A DNA stretch of 63,393 bases, filler included. It is 8 parts of 8 records of this genome, joined end to end, with 100 filler letters (N's around TTAATTAATTAA, not from the genome) between each part and the next. Parts side by side here need not be neighbours in the genome. Positions count along the whole stretch, not along the records: positions 57,155 to 63,393 come from DRR723986_31553; 7 more parts are not named here. One strand, given 5' to 3'. Positions 57,274 through 63,393 of the stretch are shown one piece after another. The stretch's first letter is position 1. The number at the start of each line of letters is the position of its first letter. The notes under the pieces were generated by a model. The model was given only the letters and a program-made list of their open reading frames with translations. It was not told the DNA's origin and did not search any database. The position numbers and the translations under genes are program-made.

Positions 57274-58266
57274 TCACACTTTCCCATAAAACCTCAATCC
57301 AACAGAAAACTCAATAAACGACTGCATCCATCTAAAATCCGCATCTTTCATTCCCAAACTCGTCAAATCACCTGAAGCTGTTAAACGGGTATAAAAGTTC
57401 CTACCATTATAAGTAATCCCTGTTCGACCTTTCACTACAAACGGAATTTTCAAATTCAACTTATCTCCATCTTCATTAAAATATTTACGCAATTGTATTC
57501 CACTTCCTGAATACAAAAACAAGCCGATATTCCATTTACCAGCAACAGCTATATAACCGTATCCAGGCATAACATGAAAAGTATTCACCCAAATTTTATT
57601 GGTGCTTGCAGTTTCTGCATAAAATGGTTTTAATGAGTCTGGCACAAAGGGATTAGGATCGTTGAGTTCATGAAAATGATCTCCGAATATCAAACTGAAA
57701 GCCCCTTTACTTTTTAATTGTCTTTCTGATTGGTTGAATAAAGCATTGGCAGAAAGTTTGCTTGAAAAAGTGAATCTAAAATCAACTCCAAAACTGGTAG
57801 AGGTCATAGATGGCTTGTACTTAATCTCATTAAAATCATCATCTTTTTGGAAAGGATAATCGGTTGGATTCAACAAATAAAAGCCTCTGTTTTTTTGAAA
57901 ACTCACGTTCATCCCAAAGATATTTCCTCCTAAATCAAAACCAATTCGTTGGTGGCTAGGTGTTGAACCATCAGGGAAATTCGGCTGACCATAGGGGATA
58001 TTTTTTTGATAGTTAAAATGTAAAAAGGAGAAGGCAAATTCACCTCCCACATTCAGTCCGGTTGCTGGACGGTAAAGCATGGGGGTTTGTCCGCTATTGG
58101 GATAATCTTGAATAAAAAGATCAAGATGATGATTGGTAAACGCTCTGAAAGAAATGAGCGATTTTACTTTCTCAACGTACTGCTCGTCTTTTTCTTTTTC
58201 TTTCTCTTGAAGAAAACTCACCGTGGGCAAGAGCGCTATGAGGATGATTGTAAAAAACAATTTCAT
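57274..58266 (-). CDS. DUF4421-like outer-membrane beta-barrel protein
   Basis: Signal peptide; QSERQLKSKGAF, PGYGY, terminal VGLRF. Confidence 0.7.
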   Translation of the reverse strand: MKLFFTIILIALLPTVSFLQEKEKEKDEQYVEKVKSLISFRAFTNHHLDLFIQDYPNSGQTPMLYRPATGLNVGGEFAFSFLHFNYQKNIPYGQPNFPDGSTPSHQRIGFDLGGNIFGMNVSFQKNRGFYLLNPTDYPFQKDDDFNEIKYKPSMTSTSFGVDFRFTFSSKLSANALFNQSERQLKSKGAFSLIFGDHFHELNDPNPFVPDSLKPFYAETASTNKIWVNTFHVMPGYGYIAVAGKWNIGLFLYSGSGIQLRKYFNEDGDKLNLKIPFVVKGRTGITYNGRNFYTRLTASGDLTSLGMKDADFRWMQSFIEFSVGLRFYGKV

Positions 58267-58316
58267 GATTCAAAAGTACCATTCTTAAAGGGATATTTAA
58301 TTGAATTCGGATAAAC

Positions 58317-58859
58317 TTATCGATCTAAAATATCCTCACTATCAAGTGATGATGTTTCAAGAAAAACAAAGCTCTTTAAAATAGGGGTGAATGATAAGAT
58401 ATAGACGAGCCATTTATACAATTCCCAGCTCTTAGTAAAGTAAAAATAAACGCAGGGTAATAAAAGAAACAAGTTGGTCACGGCAAAAATGCGCAACCAA
58501 TTGGGGTATTTATCTTTTTGAATCAATAGCAGAAAGCCGTAAATTCCCAATGAACCCGAGAATGAATATTGAAAGTATAAGGGAGGAAAAATTTCTCGAA
58601 TATAGAATATGCCGTTAATCATGATAGTCGCATTAAAAAAGAGCCAAACCACTAAACTTAGATAACGACCCTTACGGTAATGGACCTGTGCAAAAAGAAA
58701 AATCACATAAAAATAAGCAATTGCGCTCAGTTTAATTACCCAAGAATCGTTAATGTCTGCTTGGAAATTTTCTGATTCAAAGAGCAAGTAATTCAAGTAG
58801 CACAGTTCAATTGACAGTAAGGCAACCAAAATTATTTTTACTGAAGACGGAACAGTCAT
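58317..58859 (-). CDS. Hypothetical multi-pass membrane protein
   Basis: About six hydrophobic segments; acidic tail EDILD. Confidence 0.65.
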   Translation of the reverse strand: MTVPSSVKIILVALLSIELCYLNYLLFESENFQADINDSWVIKLSAIAYFYVIFLFAQVHYRKGRYLSLVVWLFFNATIMINGIFYIREIFPPLYFQYSFSGSLGIYGFLLLIQKDKYPNWLRIFAVTNLFLLLPCVYFYFTKSWELYKWLVYILSFTPILKSFVFLETSSLDSEDILDR

Positions 58860-58924
58860 GACTTGAAAAATACAAATTCATTTCAATCAAAACGGTTTAA
58901 GATCAACTATTTCAGTGATTTAAA

Positions 58925-58955
58925 TTTGAATTTTACTAAAGCATGTGTAAATTTG
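58925..58955 (+). promoter_or_regulatory. Bacteroidota-type primary promoter
   Basis: TTTG-19 nt-TAAATTTG, 10 nt before the ATG. Confidence 0.65.
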
Positions 58956-58965
58956 GCTGACCTCA

Positions 58966-61900
58966 ATGAAAACTTTGTTCACATATCTTTTGATCTTTGT
59001 TGGCTTTAATGCTATGAGTCAGGTATATGTGACGAATTTAAATGATACCGGACTAGGTTCTTTGCGACACGCCATTGACAATGCTATTGCTGGAGAAACT
59101 ATATTGTTTAATCCTTCTATTACTGGAGGTACTATTGTATTGAGCACGCCACTTTCACCTTCTGTTGATTTGACTATCAACGGTGAAGACAAGGATATTA
59201 AAATTGATGGTAATTCATCAGTAAGGATATTTAATATTTCGGCGGTTACAAATTTCAACATGCAACACATTACTTTATTGCATGGAAACGCTTCAGAAGG
59301 TGCTGGGATTTACGCCACTTCTGGGACAAATTTGAATTTACACGACATCACTATTCGAGACTGCAGCGTGTCTAATGATGGTGCCGCGATTAAAGTGCAG
59401 GACGGTAGTCACATTTATACGAGTTTAAAATTTATTTCTAACTCATCTGGCTCCTTCGGAGGAGCGTATCACAGTTTAAACGCCACCTCCTATTTTGAAA
59501 ACTGTTTGTTTTCAGGAAATTTGGGAGGAGAAGGTGGAGCCGCTTATTTTAGGGGAGAAACGCATTTGATAAATTGTACTTTTTCTGGAAATTTCGCGAA
59601 TAACTTGGGAGGCGCACTCTATGTATTTTCAGGTAGTACAATTAACAATACGAACTGCATTTATTGGAACAACTCAGTTGGATCAACTTTTGGAACGCAG
59701 CAATGTTTTTTTGAAGTAGATAGTGGCCCAATTTCGTCTGTTGCAATGAATAACAACAGTTGTGATATTGAAGGTAGTGGTGGTACTGCATCATGGAATG
59801 CTCTGTTTGGAAGTAATTTGGGAAACAATATTGATGTTGACCCTTTATTTATAGACATGCAGCCTCCTACCTCTGCCCCAACTGTAGACGGGAATTATCG
59901 TGTGGATCATACTTCTACAACAATTAATGTTGGTTTTAACCCGCTAGTGACAACTTCCTTTGATTTAGATGGTAATAACAGAATTCACAATGGTCAAGTG
60001 GATATGGGGGCTTATGAGAATTGCGTCAATACGGGATTTGAAAATGTCAATGTCTGCTCTTCATATTTGTCGCCGAGTGGCAATCATGTCTATACGACTT
60101 CAGGAATGTATTTTGACACCTTATCCAATTTTTTTGGCTGTGATTCAATCATCCAAATCAATTTATCAGTAAACAATACATTTAATTCCTTTTCAGTTTC
60201 AGAATGCGGATCTTATACATTACCTAGTGGAAGTTCAGTCATCACCACATCTCAAACGGTGAATGACACCATCCCAAATAGTAATTCTTGTGATAGTATT
60301 TTGACGATTACTGTTAATATTGATGCGGGCACAACGAGTACAATCAACCCAACTGCCTGCGCATCCTATACCGTACCTAGTGGAGATGAAACCTATACAT
60401 CAGATGGAACTTATAAGGATACCATTTCAAATAGTGTAGGGTGCGATTCAATCATTACCATTAATCTTGATATTTTAAATTCATTCAATACCATCAATGT
60501 CACAGAATGTGATTCGTTTGTTACGCCAAGCGGAAGTAATACTTATTATAGCTCGGGCACCTACACAGATGTTTTACAAAACGCGGCATTATGCGATTCG
60601 ATCATCACCATTAACCTCGTAATAAACAATTCGAATTCAAGTACGATAACAGAATTTGCTTGTGACTCCTATACCGTTCCAAGTGGTCATGAAACCTATA
60701 CTATGTCGGGCGTTTATGAAGATACGCTTACCAATGTTGCCGGATGTGATAGCGTCATTACGATTAACCTCACCGTAAATAATAACAACACAAGCTTTTT
60801 GAATGAGGTAGCCTGTGATTTTTATGTCGGACCAGCCGGTAATACTTATACCAGTTCAGGTCAGTATTTTGATACTATTTCCAATGTTGCAGGATGTGAT
60901 AGTGTGATAACAATCAACTTGGCCATAGGAACGGAAACAACAGCCAGCATTGGTATGACAGGCTGTGATTCATTGGTTTCTCCAAGTGGAAATTATACCT
61001 ATTATGCAGATGGAACCTTTATGGACACCATCTCCAATAGCCTTGGTTGTGATTCTGTAATCACCTTGAATGTGACCATTAAGACGGCAAGCTTTGCCAG
61101 TATTTCGGAATCTGCCTGTGATTTTTATATGGTGCCGAGTGGTACTGCTATTTATTCCACTTCAGGTACCTATCAAGATACCATCCAAAATGTTTGGGGA
61201 TGCGACAGTGTATTAACGATTGATCTTACAATTAATTCAGCTAGTAGCGGAAGTACGGTTGAAACGCACTGTAACTCATATACCTCACCAAGTGGACTGT
61301 ATACCTGGACCAATTCAGGGATTTATCAGGATACCATTTTAAATGCCGTAGGATGTGATAGTGTAATTACAATTGATTTAACACTTCTATATACCACATC
61401 AACAATTGATACTGCTGCCTGTGATTATTATCACAGTCCAAGCGGTAAAATTTGGAATGCTAGCGGAACCTATACGGATACTTTACTTAACAGTATCGGT
61501 TGTGACAGTGTCATTACTGTGAATTTGTTGATTAATGGAGCAGATGCTTCCGCTAGTTTAAATGGGTTAACCCTCTCGGCTGATAATATTGGTGATGCGT
61601 ATTTGTGGCAAAGTTGTGACTCAATAGTAGTGGTTAATCAAAATAATGATGATTTTGAATTTACGCCGATTGAAAGTGGTCATTACCAAGTTATTGTTTC
61701 ATCTTTTGGCTGTAATGACACCTCTGAATGTATCTATGTAGATGTTCCAATAGAGGCAGTTACTTCTTTTTCTCCTAATGGTGATGGCATTAATGATTTC
61801 TTAATTTTGGATTTACCGAGTAATGAAAACACGGTAGTAGTTTATAACCGTTGGGGTGATGAAATTAGAACATTTAAAAATTATGACAACCTTAATGTTG

Positions 61901-62004
61901 TTTGGGATGGCACTGACTTATTCGGGAATGTAATGACCGGAACTTACTTCTATGTAATAGAGGATGACGTCAGTTCTGTTGGCTGGGTATTTATCAGCCA
62001 TTAA
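58966..62004 (+). CDS. Surface protein: beta-helix/choice-of-anchor Q-like domain, ten CDS repeats, T9SS type-B (gliding motility-associated) CTD
   Basis: GSLRHAI; GGA repeats; VDMGAYE; 10x C..Y.PSG...GCDSxITxxL; FSPNGDGIND, YNRWG, WDGT. Confidence 0.88.
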   Translation: MKTLFTYLLIFVGFNAMSQVYVTNLNDTGLGSLRHAIDNAIAGETILFNPSITGGTIVLSTPLSPSVDLTINGEDKDIKIDGNSSVRIFNISAVTNFNMQHITLLHGNASEGAGIYATSGTNLNLHDITIRDCSVSNDGAAIKVQDGSHIYTSLKFISNSSGSFGGAYHSLNATSYFENCLFSGNLGGEGGAAYFRGETHLINCTFSGNFANNLGGALYVFSGSTINNTNCIYWNNSVGSTFGTQQCFFEVDSGPISSVAMNNNSCDIEGSGGTASWNALFGSNLGNNIDVDPLFIDMQPPTSAPTVDGNYRVDHTSTTINVGFNPLVTTSFDLDGNNRIHNGQVDMGAYENCVNTGFENVNVCSSYLSPSGNHVYTTSGMYFDTLSNFFGCDSIIQINLSVNNTFNSFSVSECGSYTLPSGSSVITTSQTVNDTIPNSNSCDSILTITVNIDAGTTSTINPTACASYTVPSGDETYTSDGTYKDTISNSVGCDSIITINLDILNSFNTINVTECDSFVTPSGSNTYYSSGTYTDVLQNAALCDSIITINLVINNSNSSTITEFACDSYTVPSGHETYTMSGVYEDTLTNVAGCDSVITINLTVNNNNTSFLNEVACDFYVGPAGNTYTSSGQYFDTISNVAGCDSVITINLAIGTETTASIGMTGCDSLVSPSGNYTYYADGTFMDTISNSLGCDSVITLNVTIKTASFASISESACDFYMVPSGTAIYSTSGTYQDTIQNVWGCDSVLTIDLTINSASSGSTVETHCNSYTSPSGLYTWTNSGIYQDTILNAVGCDSVITIDLTLLYTTSTIDTAACDYYHSPSGKIWNASGTYTDTLLNSIGCDSVITVNLLINGADASASLNGLTLSADNIGDAYLWQSCDSIVVVNQNNDDFEFTPIESGHYQVIVSSFGCNDTSECIYVDVPIEAVTSFSPNGDGINDFLILDLPSNENTVVVYNRWGDEIRTFKNYDNLNVVWDGTDLFGNVMTGTYFYVIEDDVSSVGWVFISH

Positions 62005-62652
62005 TCAAATGTCTTTTTCTGTATAAGAGCAAATCACTTTTGCGTCTAGCGGTTTTAAATTGTTCAAAGGTCCTTTGAAAATTTGAATACCGAACGATTC
62101 TCCAGCTGAAAAAGTAATTGGAAATCTTAATGAATGTTCTGGGTGAAGACTACTGTATATTTGAGGCCCAAATTTATTTTGACTGATGTCAGTGAGCATT
62201 TCGCCGTTGATTGATTTGAAAAAGATATGGACTTCTTCTATTACTGGATTCCCTAAGCTATCTACAGTTACACCAGTAGTGTAATCACAAATGATTTGAT
62301 TAATGGTCCAGATTTTACCTTCTTTTACCTTAAGACGAGCAATTTTATTGTCTAACTGAATCACCTTAGCGGTTCCAATTTCAGTTTGTTTTTTAAGCTT
62401 TGCAATGTCAACTCGTTGTGCTCGCACTAAAGCTTGAAAATCCAGAATTTCCTGTCCAAGCGTGTTTCTATCTTCTTTAAGGATATTGATTGAACGGTCT
62501 CTGTTTTCAACTATGTTCTCAAAATTGGCGATCACTTTTTGCAAGCTATCAATGGTTGACTTTTGCTGGTCAACTTGATCCATCAATTCTTTTTTAGTTT
62601 GTGCATGCAGACTAAGCGGTAACACAAATAGTATAAGGATAAAAGTTCTCAT
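62005..62652 (-). CDS. Secreted hypothetical protein, coiled coil plus beta domain
   Basis: Signal peptide and heptad region. The C-domain is similar to the neighbouring gene product. Confidence 0.75.
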   Translation of the reverse strand: MRTFILILFVLPLSLHAQTKKELMDQVDQQKSTIDSLQKVIANFENIVENRDRSINILKEDRNTLGQEILDFQALVRAQRVDIAKLKKQTEIGTAKVIQLDNKIARLKVKEGKIWTINQIICDYTTGVTVDSLGNPVIEEVHIFFKSINGEMLTDISQNKFGPQIYSSLHPEHSLRFPITFSAGESFGIQIFKGPLNNLKPLDAKVICSYTEKDI

Positions 62653-62653
62653 A

Positions 62654-63103
62654 TTATTTCTCATTCGTTAGTTCTGTATAAGTGATGTATGCTGATCCGT
62701 CAAATGCTTTACATTTTCCCGGGTCACCTTTTATAATTACAAAGCTTATAGTCGTTTTTTCAGGCAATGTTAATGGAAACGGAATTGACGAGTATGTGCT
62801 GTTAGATTGAAACACTTGAGGTCCAAAGCGATTCCCTTGCCAGTCTGTTTTGATATCTCCATTAAAGGTTTTGATAAAGATTCTAATCGGAGTTACTTTG
62901 GCTGTTCCGTCTGCCATAGTTTCTACGCCCGCTGAGAAACTTGAAAAGATTTGATTCACCACCCAAGTTTTACCCGCTGGCACTTCAAAGCTTGCAGTAA
63001 AATTGTTGAATTGTTGTAGTTTTTCTGTTTTCTCTTGAGCATTTCCTATGAAAGGAGCGGCTAATAATAGCAGTAGCGGTATTAATGAGATTGTTTTGGC
63101 CAT
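62654..63103 (-). CDS. Secreted hypothetical protein, paralog of the neighbour's C-domain
   Basis: GKTWVVNQI / FGPQVF versus GKIWTINQI / FGPQIY. Confidence 0.75.
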   Translation of the reverse strand: MAKTISLIPLLLLLAAPFIGNAQEKTEKLQQFNNFTASFEVPAGKTWVVNQIFSSFSAGVETMADGTAKVTPIRIFIKTFNGDIKTDWQGNRFGPQVFQSNSTYSSIPFPLTLPEKTTISFVIIKGDPGKCKAFDGSAYITYTELTNEK

Positions 63104-63359
63104 TTGATTTGTTTTATGTGAAGATAGCCAGAACCGTGCCTTAATTTTTTACAGCCTAAATTAGTTTTCATTACATCCTTGTGGAAATGCAAAAGGTTAC
63201 CTTTTTAAAATGGTGACATAAAGTAGTAGAACATGTGAGAATCGTGATTTAATATTTAACTACAATACCATTTAACGTTAGCACTTTAAAAAACATTCTC
63301 ACCGAAATTCACATGGGAAATATTATTAATTAAGCTTGTTATTTCGTGAGTTAGGTTTC

Positions 63360-63393
63360 AAAAAAAATGGCCGTTAAGCAATTGCTTAACGGC
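63360..63393 (-). terminator. Probable intrinsic terminator of an off-window minus-strand gene
   Basis: 24-bp palindrome GCCGTTAAGCAATTGCTTAACGGC, followed on the minus strand by CA and a T-run. Confidence 0.65.

Noticed and set aside
63370-63393. Terminal palindrome as a hairpin telomere
   Set aside because: The adjacent A-tract makes an ordinary intrinsic terminator the simpler explanation.

Overview
The window is not one locus. It is eight contigs joined by 100-nt N/TTAATTAATTAA/N linkers, so gene adjacency means something only within a contig. (1) 1-5017, Rhodobacteraceae-like: MttB-family methyltransferase, two SDRs, and a convergent FAD oxidoreductase plus aldehyde dehydrogenase. (2) 5118-11753, FCB-like: secreted BNR/MAM/PKD protein, PAS kinase, truncated group II intron. 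(3) 11854-22679, planctomycete-like: TIGR01777 protein, primase-HAD fusion, cysE, ispG. (4) 22780-36551, FCB-like: MscS, PQQ/sorbosone dehydrogenase, AI-2E transporter, large SBBP/Ig protein, OmpA protein, two paralogous Cys-rich secreted proteins. (5) 36652-41843: fused E2-E1 2-oxoglutarate dehydrogenase, thioredoxin, 57-bp palindrome. (6) 41944-48174, high-GC Rhodobacteraceae-like: soeABC-type operon interrupted by an RNA ligase and a 36-bp repeat ORF. (7) 48275-57054, alphaproteobacterial: tRNA-Pro end, ialB, tpsB, CdiA-like tpsA. (8) 57155-63393, Bacteroidota: DUF4421, T9SS type-B adhesin, paralogous gene pair. Best leads: a covarying 5'-UTR hairpin with loop ACUGCCACCAA in front of the Cys-rich genes; the soe operon kept as an unbroken stop/start chain across its insertions; and a stand-alone AEP primase-HAD phosphatase fusion. 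All family and taxon calls are motif recognition by eye; no database search was run.
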